Below the pieces are notes generated by a model. That model was given only the letters and a program-made list of their open reading frames with translations, searched no databases and was not told the DNA's origin. A program made the translations under genes and the position numbers. From Leptospiraceae bacterium (lineage in GTDB: Bacteria; Spirochaetota; Leptospiria; Leptospirales; Leptonemataceae): DNA of 64,000 nucleotides. Positions 19,469 through 28,821 of the stretch are shown here, piece by piece (the first letter of the stretch is position 1; the number at the start of each line of letters is the position of its first letter). Where the stretch lies: positions 288,001 through 352,000 of the forward strand of contig JAVJNR010000004.1 in the NCBI GenBank assembly GCA_040217195.1, given 5' to 3'.

Positions 19469-20964
19469 TCGCTGGCTCCTCCGGTATTGGTGGCGTCATT
19501 GTTCCCTGGATTTCTGGCTTCCCCTGGATTTTCCTCGAATCTCTCCAGGGTTCGTACAATTGCGGCCAGCTTGTTTTCTATCTCCTTGAACTCATAGTCT
19601 GCATCGGAATCGAATACAATTCCGCCGGATGCCCGGGCGAATGCCTGGTTACCGTTTACAAATAGGGTGCGAATTGGAATTGCAAATGTACAATCTCCGT
19701 TCCAGCCAAAATGCCCCACAGCACCACCATACGGTCCTCGAGGGGATTTTTCTATGCGCTCAATGATTTTCATGCTTTCTACCTTGGGCGCACCGGAGAG
19801 AGTACCGGCCGGGAATGCAGCCCTCAGACCATCGAACATATTCTTATCTTTTCGAATGATTCCCACTACTTCGCTGGATATATGCTGTACATGGGAGAAC
19901 TTGCGAATGTCCATGAGCCTTCGTACTTTAACTGTTCCAAATCTTGCAACTCTTCCCAGATCGTTTCTATGTAGATCCACCAGCATATTGTGTTCTGCTA
20001 TTTCTTTTGGATCGTTTAGCAATGATCTGGCATTGTTAAGATCTTCGCCTTTATCCTGAGATCTGCGAGTGGTGCCGGCCAGAGGATAGGTTTCCATTTC
20101 TCCCTGACGTAGACGAAAGACCAGTTCAGGACTGGCACCAATGACCTGTTTCTGGCCGAACTTCACGAAATACATATAGGGCGAAGGATTCACCTCACGC
20201 AGGGCCTCATAGAAGGCCATGGTAGATCCCTCAAGCTCATAGTTTACCTGAAAACCAATCTGGCATTGAAATGTATTGCCGGCGCGAATCTCTTCCAGAG
20301 TTTGTTCCACCATAGCATGATGCTGATTCGCGCTGCGGGTCTTCTCAAGAAGTGTTGCTTTGAGGCTTCGGGCTTCTGGTGGCTTTTCCTGCATCCATTT
20401 TTGAACCAACTGGGAGCGGTCCCGGTCATAATGGAAATAGAACACTTCTCCGGTCATCTTATCATAGACCAGGCCATCGGTATAGATACCAAAAACAAAA
20501 GGATCGAAATCAGGGTGGAACCTCAGCCCCAGCCCGGGCTCAAAGAAGTTTGTGGCATCGTAGCCCAGATAGCCCACCAGTCCTCCACAGTAATTACGCG
20601 AAATACTGTTATCTGGCATCCACTGAGCCAGTAGTTCGTAAGGATTGGCAGACTCATGAAAATCCGATTCCAGTACTCTGTAGGCGCTATCCGGACTGGT
20701 TTCCATTTTTTCGTAATGAAGACCATGGGACTGAGCTCTAAGAATCACCTCGGGCAGAAATCCAATTACAGAATAACGACTGTCGGAAGATCCCTCCTCC
20801 AATGATTCCAGAAAAAAACATGTATGACTGTGGCTTTCAATAATGCGAAAGAGCCCAAAAAAATCGAGAGTATGATGGATTCTGGTATAGTTGGGCTTCA
20901 GGGGTAAATCCCATCGAGGCAAACCGCCTGCGGCGGATCTTTGCTTTCGATTTGTCTGGCTCAT
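19465..20964 (-). CDS. trpE: Anthranilate synthase component I
   Basis: LES..SRYS, NPSPYM, GASPE, KEIAEHNMLVDLHRND, FPAGTLSGAPK, RGPYGG (PabB cannot be excluded). Confidence 0.85.
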   Translation of the reverse strand: MSQTNRKQRSAAGGLPRWDLPLKPNYTRIHHTLDFFGLFRIIESHSHTCFFLESLEEGSSDSRYSVIGFLPEVILRAQSHGLHYEKMETSPDSAYRVLESDFHESANPYELLAQWMPDNSISRNYCGGLVGYLGYDATNFFEPGLGLRFHPDFDPFVFGIYTDGLVYDKMTGEVFYFHYDRDRSQLVQKWMQEKPPEARSLKATLLEKTRSANQHHAMVEQTLEEIRAGNTFQCQIGFQVNYELEGSTMAFYEALREVNPSPYMYFVKFGQKQVIGASPELVFRLRQGEMETYPLAGTTRRSQDKGEDLNNARSLLNDPKEIAEHNMLVDLHRNDLGRVARFGTVKVRRLMDIRKFSHVQHISSEVVGIIRKDKNMFDGLRAAFPAGTLSGAPKVESMKIIERIEKSPRGPYGGAVGHFGWNGDCTFAIPIRTLFVNGNQAFARASGGIVFDSDADYEFKEIENKLAAIVRTLERFEENPGEARNPGNNDATNTGGASE

Positions 20965-22232
20965 GAGTTTTCTTTTCCGTACCGCTCAGGCCGTAGCTGC
21001 TCCAGTTTTTGGCGAATCCGCTCTTCCTGGCCCACCGGATCTGGCCTGTAGTATGCTTGCTCATCCCAGTCTTCGGGGAAGTAGCTTTGCTCCACGTAAT
21101 GGCCGGGAAAATCGTGAGGATACTGATAGCGTTTCTTACTACCTGGCTGAGTTCGATTTTTCAAATGAGCCGGCACTGTAACCCTTTTTTTTGAGACCTC
21201 CTCCATGGCTCGATTAATGGCCAGATAGGAGGCATTGCTTTTCGGACTTGCGGCCAGAAAAGTCACAGCCTGAGCCAGAAGGATGCGAGCCTCCGGCATT
21301 CCAATCTTGCTCACTCCATCCAGAACTGACATGGCCAGCGAAAGAGCGGTGGGACTGGCATTTCCAATGTCTTCTGCGGCAAGAATGACCAGTCTTCGAG
21401 CAATGTACACCGGATCTTCACCGGACTGAAGCATACTTGCCAGATAAAGCATGGCAGCATCCGGGTCAGAGCCTCGAATGCTTTTTATTAATGCAGATGT
21501 GCTATCGAAGTGCTCATTCACCCCATAGGAAAAACTCAATTCCGGTAAATCGCCATCAAAGCGAATTTCTGCACGATCTGCAAAAACTGCATCGCTGGCC
21601 AGATTTTCCACTATACGAATCAATCGTCTGGCATCCCCGTCGGCCGCTTCCAGAATTTTTTCCAGGCTGCTATCCTCGAATTCCAGGGAATGCTCGGAGT
21701 AACCCATTTCCAGAACTCGCCTGGCGATTACTTCTAAATCTTCTTTTCGCAGCTTCTCCAGATAATAGACAGTACAGCGAGAAAGTAAGGGCCCAATTAC
21801 TTCAAATCTTGGATTTTCGGTGGTAGCACCAATGAGCAGGATTCGACCTGTTTCTGCACTTTCCAGCAGCGAATCCTGCTGAGCCCGATTAAATCTATGG
21901 ATCTCATCCAGAAAAAGCAGAGCTCCTTCCGGATGACTGCGAGAAGCCTCCAGAACCTGACGCACCTCTTTTACACCACAGCTGACAGCGCTTAGAAAGA
22001 AGGAAGGCCTTTTCCAGTGCGAAGCCAGGATGGTGCCGATAGTAGTTTTTCCGGTTCCTGGAGGCCCTGAAAGTAAAAGTGAATGTGGAGGTAGTCTCTT
22101 TAGCCTGGAAAGCAAAGATTCATGACCCACCAGGTCATCCCAGTGAGAAGGACGTAGCCTCTGTGCCAGCGGACCGTCCGCTGGCATTTGAAATAGATCA
22201 CCTTCTCCGAACGGAGTATCAGGTGCGGGCAT
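20961..22232 (-). CDS. rarA: Replication-associated recombination protein A (MgsA/RarA AAA+ ATPase)
   Basis: PLAQRLRP, GPPGTGKTT, LDEIHRFNRAQQD, GATTENP, KSIRGSDPDAA, EDIGNA, YPHD. Confidence 0.95.
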   Translation of the reverse strand: MPAPDTPFGEGDLFQMPADGPLAQRLRPSHWDDLVGHESLLSRLKRLPPHSLLLSGPPGTGKTTIGTILASHWKRPSFFLSAVSCGVKEVRQVLEASRSHPEGALLFLDEIHRFNRAQQDSLLESAETGRILLIGATTENPRFEVIGPLLSRCTVYYLEKLRKEDLEVIARRVLEMGYSEHSLEFEDSSLEKILEAADGDARRLIRIVENLASDAVFADRAEIRFDGDLPELSFSYGVNEHFDSTSALIKSIRGSDPDAAMLYLASMLQSGEDPVYIARRLVILAAEDIGNASPTALSLAMSVLDGVSKIGMPEARILLAQAVTFLAASPKSNASYLAINRAMEEVSKKRVTVPAHLKNRTQPGSKKRYQYPHDFPGHYVEQSYFPEDWDEQAYYRPDPVGQEERIRQKLEQLRPERYGKENS

Positions 22233-23622
22233 TTCGATTGGCTACGCTTTCGCGCACATCTTCTTGCACTCGATCCAGAACACGCACTACATCGGCTATC
22301 AACGCTTCCTGCGTGGCCGGGTCAGCCATATCTTCCATGATGTTACTCACAGATTCCTGCAGAATGCGACTCAGTCGTTCAGTTCCTTCAGGACCGGACA
22401 GAGCAGCCTCCAATCCATCATTTACTGTGGCATGCACAGACATTAGAATTAGTCTTACCACAGGACCAATGGGCGAAAGCAAATAAGGCTCCATTGCACG
22501 GTTGATGGAGTAGGATACCATCTCCGAAATCTTTGGCTGTAGCTCTGGCATCACTTTCTTGGCAACACTGGCCATTTGATTGCTGAGCAAATTCTCCACC
22601 GCATCTCTGGTCTCGCCTTCCATATGGATTCCAGTGCGCTTCAGGGATGCCTTTGTCTGATCCAGGATATTCAGAACTACCAGACCGCTAATTTCTTCTG
22701 CGATAATGGAAGCGTTGCTTTTGATAATATCCGGAGCCAGACCATCATCCGGTAGCCATCCATTCTGTCGTATTCGCATATAAAATGGAATAACGCGCAA
22801 TAGTCTAAACCAGGCCGCATGATGAGGCGGAAAAAGATTAAATACTTCGTAGGACTGACGTACCGGGAAAAGATACCATTTTCGATATCTCCTCTGTACT
22901 ATAGCCATAATCCAGCGAGCCAGAAAATCAATTAAGAAGAACAAAACAAACCAGCGGTCGATGAGATGAAAGTAATCTTTCTTCTCTCCATCTTCGCCAA
23001 TCCAACGAAAGTAGTTTTGATTCATAAGATACATGACTTCAGAATCAAAAAACTTGAACTTTTCCTGGTAGTTATCCGGGGTCAGATTATCCTGGCTGAA
23101 GAACTCCCGGAAGGCATCTTTTGCTGAATCGTCTTCGTTGGGGTACTGTTCGCGCATGAGATTCTTCATCCGCTCCAGCACTCCATCCTTTTCAGCCAGA
23201 TAGAAGTGGCTATCCACTCCTCGACGGTTGATCATATCCACCGTCATCTCAACCAGTTCCTGTCTACTCTGCAGCGATACCTGTCTGGCCTGTAGATTGG
23301 CCGGGTTTTCTGCGAGCTGACCCAGGGCTTCTTTGAGATTCTTGATTTCTTCCTTGTATGAATCTACGAACCGGTGGGATTCAATTCCCTTCACCGGATC
23401 ATAATGTTTCACAAGTGCCGGGACATAGTCCAGGTACACATCCCGAAAGGTCATTCGGGCATAGGGAATTTTCCAGAGATAGGATGCGTCAAAAACAACC
23501 AGGCAAATGTTGGCAAAAGCCACCACTGCAAAAAGAATTTCGTAGATTATTACTACTAACTTCTTCTTTTTTCCGGTAGATTGGTTCTGATCCCAGAGCT
23601 GCTCCAGAGCCCTCTTTTCCAT
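22219..23622 (-). CDS. Membrane protein with an ion-transport/voltage-sensor-like segment and long helical C-terminus
   Basis: TM helices (ILFAVVAFANICLVVFD; IDRWFVLFFLIDFLARW) and S4-like FRLLRVIPFYMRIR. Start moved to ATG 23622 to avoid overlap with tmk. Confidence 0.7.
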   Translation of the reverse strand: MEKRALEQLWDQNQSTGKKKKLVVIIYEILFAVVAFANICLVVFDASYLWKIPYARMTFRDVYLDYVPALVKHYDPVKGIESHRFVDSYKEEIKNLKEALGQLAENPANLQARQVSLQSRQELVEMTVDMINRRGVDSHFYLAEKDGVLERMKNLMREQYPNEDDSAKDAFREFFSQDNLTPDNYQEKFKFFDSEVMYLMNQNYFRWIGEDGEKKDYFHLIDRWFVLFFLIDFLARWIMAIVQRRYRKWYLFPVRQSYEVFNLFPPHHAAWFRLLRVIPFYMRIRQNGWLPDDGLAPDIIKSNASIIAEEISGLVVLNILDQTKASLKRTGIHMEGETRDAVENLLSNQMASVAKKVMPELQPKISEMVSYSINRAMEPYLLSPIGPVVRLILMSVHATVNDGLEAALSGPEGTERLSRILQESVSNIMEDMADPATQEALIADVVRVLDRVQEDVRESVANRNART

Positions 23623-23668
23623 GGGAGGAGAGTTTACAGTAGCGCGCCCTGCGGTAAAGTGGAAACCG

Positions 23669-24313
23669 ATGGCCGCTATCAAAAAAGAAGAGACCCTCCA
23701 GAGGGCATCCGGTGGCCTATTTGTTGTCCTGGAAGGCATTGATGGATCGGGAAAAACCACCGCCTGGCAGTTCCTGAAGGACCATTACTCCTCGGATCCC
23801 TCGGTTTTGTTCTTGCGAGAGCCTACCAATCTGCCTACCGGGCGAAAGCTAAGGGCCTGTTTACAGGGAAAGGAGCCCCCTCCTGATACAGACGAAGGCT
23901 GGATGGATCTATTTCTTGCAGATAGACAGGCAAATGTCACGGAGAATATCATCCCGGCGCTGGCAGAAGGGCAATTAATCGTTCAGGATCGCTATACCTT
24001 CAGTACGGCGGCCTACCAATCTGCCAGTCCTGATTCAGCCCGGCAGGTACTGGCCAAACAGAAGCACTTTCCTGCACCGGATGTAATTATCTATCTGGAC
24101 CTGAAGCCCGAGCAAGCTCTGACCAGGATAGACCGGCGGTCCGGAATCGAGGGACGGGAACATTTCGAATCCAGGGAGCGACTGGAAAGAATCTATGCAA
24201 ACTACCAGAGCATTCTGCCGGACAACTGTCTAAGAGTGAATGCTTCGAACTCACAGGAAGAAGTGAGAAACCAGGTACTTGCCATCATCGAATCGGCCAG
24301 GCGAAACCAATAA
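23669..24313 (+). CDS. tmk: Thymidylate (dTMP) kinase
   Basis: LEGIDGSGKTT P-loop, REP, LFLADR, DRY..S..AYQ, PD; start moved to ATG 23669. Confidence 0.95.
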   Translation: MAAIKKEETLQRASGGLFVVLEGIDGSGKTTAWQFLKDHYSSDPSVLFLREPTNLPTGRKLRACLQGKEPPPDTDEGWMDLFLADRQANVTENIIPALAEGQLIVQDRYTFSTAAYQSASPDSARQVLAKQKHFPAPDVIIYLDLKPEQALTRIDRRSGIEGREHFESRERLERIYANYQSILPDNCLRVNASNSQEEVRNQVLAIIESARRNQ

Positions 24314-24340
24314 AATTCAGCCCCATAAGGAGAATACTCA

Positions 24341-24952
24341 ATGAAGATCTATACAAAGACTGGAGATGAAGGACAGACCGGACTGGCCAATGGAACCCGG
24401 GTATTCAAAGATCATCTGAGAGTAGAGTTATACGGAACCTCCGATGAATTGAATTCAGTGATTGGCCTGGGGCTTTCCTTCCTGGCAAAAGAGCAATTAT
24501 CCGGCCAGGGAGTAAGAGCAGACTTTCAATGGGTAGAAGAGCAAATTCATTCTATTCAGAGTCTTCTTTTTGAACTTGGTGCAGAGCTTGCCGGCTTTCC
24601 CACTGAAGAAGGTTCCATAGTGCAGAACGATGTGGATCAAATTGAGGGCTGGATCGATGAAATGAATGCCGGACTACCCGAGATGAAGCAGTTCATTCTT
24701 CCGGGCGGAGAGAAGTCCTCGGCTCAGTTTCATATAAGTCGCACGGTTTGCAGGCGCCTGGAACGACTACTGGTAGCAGCCAATCGATCGGAGGAAGTCG
24801 AGTCCATCCTTGGTTCCGTGGGGATGATCTGGGTAAACCGACTATCGGACTATTTATTCGTTCTGGCTCGTCACTGTCAGAAGCTAAATGGAGGCGAAGA
24901 TATTCCCTGGAAAAGCAGAATGCAAAGGCCTTCCCGAAGCCGCAAAAATTAA
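24341..24952 (+). CDS. ATP:cob(I)alamin adenosyltransferase, PduO type
   Basis: KIYTKTGDEGQT, YGTSDELNS, FILPGG, RTVCRRLER, NRLSDYLFVLAR; AGGAG SD. Confidence 0.93.
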   Translation: MKIYTKTGDEGQTGLANGTRVFKDHLRVELYGTSDELNSVIGLGLSFLAKEQLSGQGVRADFQWVEEQIHSIQSLLFELGAELAGFPTEEGSIVQNDVDQIEGWIDEMNAGLPEMKQFILPGGEKSSAQFHISRTVCRRLERLLVAANRSEEVESILGSVGMIWVNRLSDYLFVLARHCQKLNGGEDIPWKSRMQRPSRSRKN

Positions 24953-25033
24953 TCCCTGAATGATTATTCGGATTGCCGGTGCCTGCCAGATAAGTAGATA
25001 CCCTGGTCTCTGTGAACACAGCGCATCCAGGAA

Positions 25034-25624
25034 TTAGTTTTCGCTGGATAGGTTTCTAATCTGATCCCTGAGCCTGGCTGCCTCTTCAAAATTTTCCGCT
25101 TCCACAGCACGTTGAAGCATTGCCTTGAGTCGATCCAGTTCTGATACAGGTTCCGCTTCTGTTTCTTCTTCCACCAGAGATTCCTCTGGTGTTTCTGTCT
25201 TGCCTTCTTCACCTATGGTGACTGCAGCTTCTTTATAGACCTTTTCATTCATGTAAATGGGGCACCGGGAGCGAATGGCCAGGGCCACGGAATCGGAAGG
25301 GCGAGCATCCAGTTCAACAATTCCATCCTCGGATTGAATCACAATCCGGGCATAGAATACGTTACCTATGATATCGTTTATGACCACATGCAGAATTCTG
25401 GCTTCTAGCTCACGTACCATCTGAATCATCAAATCATGGCTATTGGGTCTGGGCGGCGTAACTCCATCCAGGGCGCTGGAGATTGAATAGGTTTCCAGTG
25501 GACCAATAAAAATCGGCACGACTCGGGCGGACTCATCGGATGTGGGTTTCAAAAAAATTGCGAATCCTACATTCGTAATGGATACGTCAGAAATGGTTAC
25601 CTCAAATGCATTCTCGGGCAGCAT
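25034..25624 (-). CDS. Bifunctional nuclease (DUF151) with C-terminal UVR domain
   Basis: PIFIG..E, PPRPNSHDL, FYA, DARPSD..ALA; UVR motif LQRAVEAENFEEAARLRDQI. Confidence 0.9.
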   Translation of the reverse strand: MLPENAFEVTISDVSITNVGFAIFLKPTSDESARVVPIFIGPLETYSISSALDGVTPPRPNSHDLMIQMVRELEARILHVVINDIIGNVFYARIVIQSEDGIVELDARPSDSVALAIRSRCPIYMNEKVYKEAAVTIGEEGKTETPEESLVEEETEAEPVSELDRLKAMLQRAVEAENFEEAARLRDQIRNLSSEN

Positions 25625-25625
25625 A

Positions 25626-26210
25626 TTATCTCCAGTTAACGAGGATGCGGCGGGTTACCTCTCGCCGCAAATGTTTTTTAGAGCTTTCTACAGAGAGGGT
25701 CAATTCCACCGGGAAATATGAGCTTTCCGGCTTATTGTTCAGAATTCCCTCTTCTTTTTGAAGCTCACCTAGAAGGGTACCCAGGTAATCAAAACACCAG
25801 AGCCCGTTTTCCTCCAGTCTCTTACCTTCCAGATGTCCATTAATCCCCTTTCCGGTTTCCGGATGCTCGATTCTAAATTCACATGAGAGGTCCTTTCTAA
25901 GTTCCGTCCGCTCATCCAGAGTGGCGTCCCGGCTCCAGCGAACCAGAAAGCCCACGGTGATTGGCTTCTCAAAATAAATGTAATGATTCCATTGTTTCCA
26001 GGTGGATGGTCCCTGGGCCGGGGGCATCTCAAATTGAATTTGCAGCTCCTGGGTATCTTCCAGCCCATTAAAGGCGCCGGATAAACATACATCGTCTATT
26101 GCATCATAGTCAGGACAGAATTCCTGGGAGCCCACTTCAAGGTCGCCACCACATTGAATGGTGAAAAGAAAGGCAATTGCAGAAAGTGTGCGAAATGATA
26201 TCCAGTTCAT
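25626..26210 (-). CDS. Hypothetical lipoprotein
   Basis: Signal peptide ending FTIQ-C; abuts the DUF151 gene (1-nt gap). Confidence 0.7.
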   Translation of the reverse strand: MNWISFRTLSAIAFLFTIQCGGDLEVGSQEFCPDYDAIDDVCLSGAFNGLEDTQELQIQFEMPPAQGPSTWKQWNHYIYFEKPITVGFLVRWSRDATLDERTELRKDLSCEFRIEHPETGKGINGHLEGKRLEENGLWCFDYLGTLLGELQKEEGILNNKPESSYFPVELTLSVESSKKHLRREVTRRILVNWR

Positions 26211-26320
26211 AGGTTTAACATTTTCTTTCTGATGATTACCATTTACGGCACTTATTCCATTTCAGGTCCGGACATACAAAATATTCTTCCGGAGAGGAAT
26301 CCAATCTTGCCCTCGCAGTT

Positions 26321-26854
26321 TCAGGAACTAACATAGATAAGTCGCATATCATTGAACAGAGCCAGCACTTCTGCATTTCGATAGAATTCCGGGCTATGCA
26401 AAAAAGGTCTAAAAGAGTATCGTTCGAAGTAAAGTAAAGGCTCTGCGTAGACTCCGCCGTATAGGTACACTCGATGGATATCGTCTTCCAGACAGGTTCG
26501 CACGGCAGTAAATTCAGTGATATAGCCAGGATCCAGCTCCACCCTGGGCAGTCCATATTCCTGGTATTTGTATTCCAGAGCCAGACAACGTTTACGAATA
26601 TCTACCATCTCTTCGCGACCGATGGGCCGGGCCATGGAAAAGATATGCATATTCTGGCGATCCGGAAATGAATAAAGGGAAGGAACTGTATCCAGGGCAT
26701 CGGTGCGGGCTTCAAAGTCAATTGTGCCGAACTCCGCCGTCAAACGCTTGCGCATTTCATCCAGGGCCCCTTCTTCATCGTAACCGCAGGCAAGGTACAT
26801 CCTGGCACTGTCCGGCTCCACAAATTCAGGTTTCCATTTTCCGCTACCGACCAT
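26321..26854 (-). CDS. DUF4416-family protein
   Basis: RVELDPGY, HRVYL.GGVYAE and P.FY motifs; start moved to ATG 26854 to remove overlap with the divergent ATPase. Confidence 0.75.
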   Translation of the reverse strand: MVGSGKWKPEFVEPDSARMYLACGYDEEGALDEMRKRLTAEFGTIDFEARTDALDTVPSLYSFPDRQNMHIFSMARPIGREEMVDIRKRCLALEYKYQEYGLPRVELDPGYITEFTAVRTCLEDDIHRVYLYGGVYAEPLLYFERYSFRPFLHSPEFYRNAEVLALFNDMRLIYVSS

Positions 26855-26922
26855 TGGCCTGTCGATTGTACCAGGGCAGTAAGCCAGGCCAAATAGAATT
26901 TGACCGCAAAAGGGAAAAATGA

Positions 26923-28230
26923 ATGCTACAGAACATGACTCAGGACACCCGGGCCGGGGATCTGGCCTACGCCGATGCCAGAGATCGGTTGGAAGCAGAA
27001 ATCGAACGCTTTGCCCGTCAGAGCGGGCAGACAAGTCTTGAAGTCCCTGGCCTGACCTTCGAAAAAGGAGAAACCCGGTTCGAATTCCTGCCAGAAGATC
27101 TTCCAGAAGAGAAGATACTGGAAGGACTGAAAGTAATCAGGAACCATGTTGAGCATATTAGAGTGCATACCCTGGATCCTGGATATATTGTTTTTCAATC
27201 TCTGGGCCCCAATCTTTACGATACGAAGCACTTTCTATCCGGAATCAAATTCAAGTTTGTAAGCATCACGAACAACTTTCGCGTGGAGGCATCCAGGTCA
27301 GGAAACTTTAACGAATCAGAACTTCAGACATGCATTGAATTATTTCAGTTATTCCATCCTGCACAGAAAGAAACAGATCCTACAAAAAAACTGGAACAAC
27401 TGGGAGTTACCGTTTTTCCTCCTGTGGCCCGGGAATCCAGTAATGGAACCGAAGAAAGCAATGCCTGGGGACCGATAGCCGGATACGAATCCATTAAGCG
27501 AGAAGTGGAAGAATGCCTTCTACTTCCAGCCAGGCATATGTCTGTGTTTCAGGGAGTGGCCCAGCTCACTCGTGGCGAAGGGGCCGCCAATTTGCCAGGA
27601 GCCATTCTATTTGAGGGTCCGCCCGGTGTTGGCAAAACTACCATCGCCCGTCTGGCAGCCCAGGCCGCAGGATTACCGCTAATTTATGTACCAGTAGAAA
27701 ATATTCTGTCCAAATTCTACGGTCAGAGTGCTCAGAACCTGGCTCTCATTTTTGACACTGCCAGCTTATTCGAACGGGGAATTCTATTTCTGGATGAAAT
27801 AGATGCTCTGGCTACCTCCCGGGAAAGCGGACTTTTTGAGGCTACCCGAAGAGTACTCTCCGTGCTTCTGCGTAAGATTGATGGACTGGATCGTACCGGC
27901 GGATTGCTGACTGTGGGGGCCACAAACCGGGCCGAAGACCTGGATCATGCGCTACTGAGCAGATTCGATCAGATTCTAAGATTTCCATTACCCAATGAGC
28001 CAGAACGTGCCTCCATATTTCAGTCCTATGCTTCTCATCTGAGCCCGGAAGCATTGTCTGTACTGGGCCGGGAATCCGATGGTCTTTCCGGGCGCACCAT
28101 TCAGGACATTTGCGAAAGCGCGGAGCGACGTTGGGCCAGGCAATTGATAGAAAAGAAACAGGCCTTGAGCTCCCCAGAGGCCGAAACCTACATCCGGGTG
28201 CTGAAGGAGAAAAAGGCAGGAATGATTTAA
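26923..28230 (+). CDS. AAA-family ATPase (single classical AAA module, unknown N-terminal domain)
   Basis: Walker A GPPGVGKT, pore loop SKFYG, Walker B ILFLDEID, second region of homology GATNRAEDLDHALLSRF. Confidence 0.9.
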   Translation: MLQNMTQDTRAGDLAYADARDRLEAEIERFARQSGQTSLEVPGLTFEKGETRFEFLPEDLPEEKILEGLKVIRNHVEHIRVHTLDPGYIVFQSLGPNLYDTKHFLSGIKFKFVSITNNFRVEASRSGNFNESELQTCIELFQLFHPAQKETDPTKKLEQLGVTVFPPVARESSNGTEESNAWGPIAGYESIKREVEECLLLPARHMSVFQGVAQLTRGEGAANLPGAILFEGPPGVGKTTIARLAAQAAGLPLIYVPVENILSKFYGQSAQNLALIFDTASLFERGILFLDEIDALATSRESGLFEATRRVLSVLLRKIDGLDRTGGLLTVGATNRAEDLDHALLSRFDQILRFPLPNEPERASIFQSYASHLSPEALSVLGRESDGLSGRTIQDICESAERRWARQLIEKKQALSSPEAETYIRVLKEKKAGMI

Positions 28231-28259
28231 TTTTTTGTGCACTGCAATAAAAAATGGAT

Positions 28260-28287
28260 TTGACCGGAGCAAAGTGCTCGTTACATT
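28260..28287 (+). promoter_or_regulatory. Candidate sigma70 promoter with internal inverted repeat
   Basis: TTGACC-16 nt-TACATT; the spacer contains GAGCA-aag-TGCTC. Confidence 0.45.
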
Positions 28288-28293
28288 GATTCC

Positions 28294-28373
28294 AGCGTGC
28301 AGCGCATTTGCGCCAATCGCTTTTCGCATGAACACTCTTCCTGCCCCCGGATTCCCCCCCGGGGGTTTTTTTT
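28294..28373 (+). ncRNA. Candidate small RNA of about 80 nt
   Basis: Lies between the candidate promoter and a strong intrinsic terminator; no convincing ORF. Confidence 0.35.
28344..28373 (+). terminator. Rho-independent terminator
   Basis: CCCCCGG-attccccc-CCGGGGG stem-loop followed by T8. Confidence 0.85.
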
Positions 28374-28776
28374 GTACTCCTACCAGGCTAGAAATTCCCG
28401 GTTTCAGGTCGGAAATTAACTCTCTTTGATGCACCGCCCCCAGGCTCGATCTTTCGAGACTGATCTTCTAATTAGAAGAAACCCTGTACGGAGCTCCCAC
28501 CCGACCTCAGATGCAAGACTAACTGATTCCAGATAGGTCGACCCTCACTGCAGACCCGCGCCTCAAAACCAGGAAATAAGCCCTGAACCCCTTCAACCGG
28601 CCCGCACCGCCAGGCCTGTTCTAGAGCATATTGCTTACTGGGCGACCAATCAGCCCTTCATTTGACAAGTATTTTTTTGGTCTGAAAACGTCTTTTGATT
28701 GCATCGCCCTATTGCAGGGTACCAATATTGAAAAAAAAATTTAGAAACCCGCGGTTTTGTCATAAAATTGCTTGCC

Positions 28777-28798
28777 ACTGACCGGCTGGCCAGTCAGT
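28777..28798. promoter_or_regulatory. 22-bp imperfect palindrome (candidate operator)
   Basis: ACTGACCGGC-tg-GCCAGTCAGT (9 of 10 arm positions pair), about 23 nt before the probable operon start. Confidence 0.55.
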
Positions 28799-28821
28799 AT
28801 ATGGGTATGGGGATGATGTTC

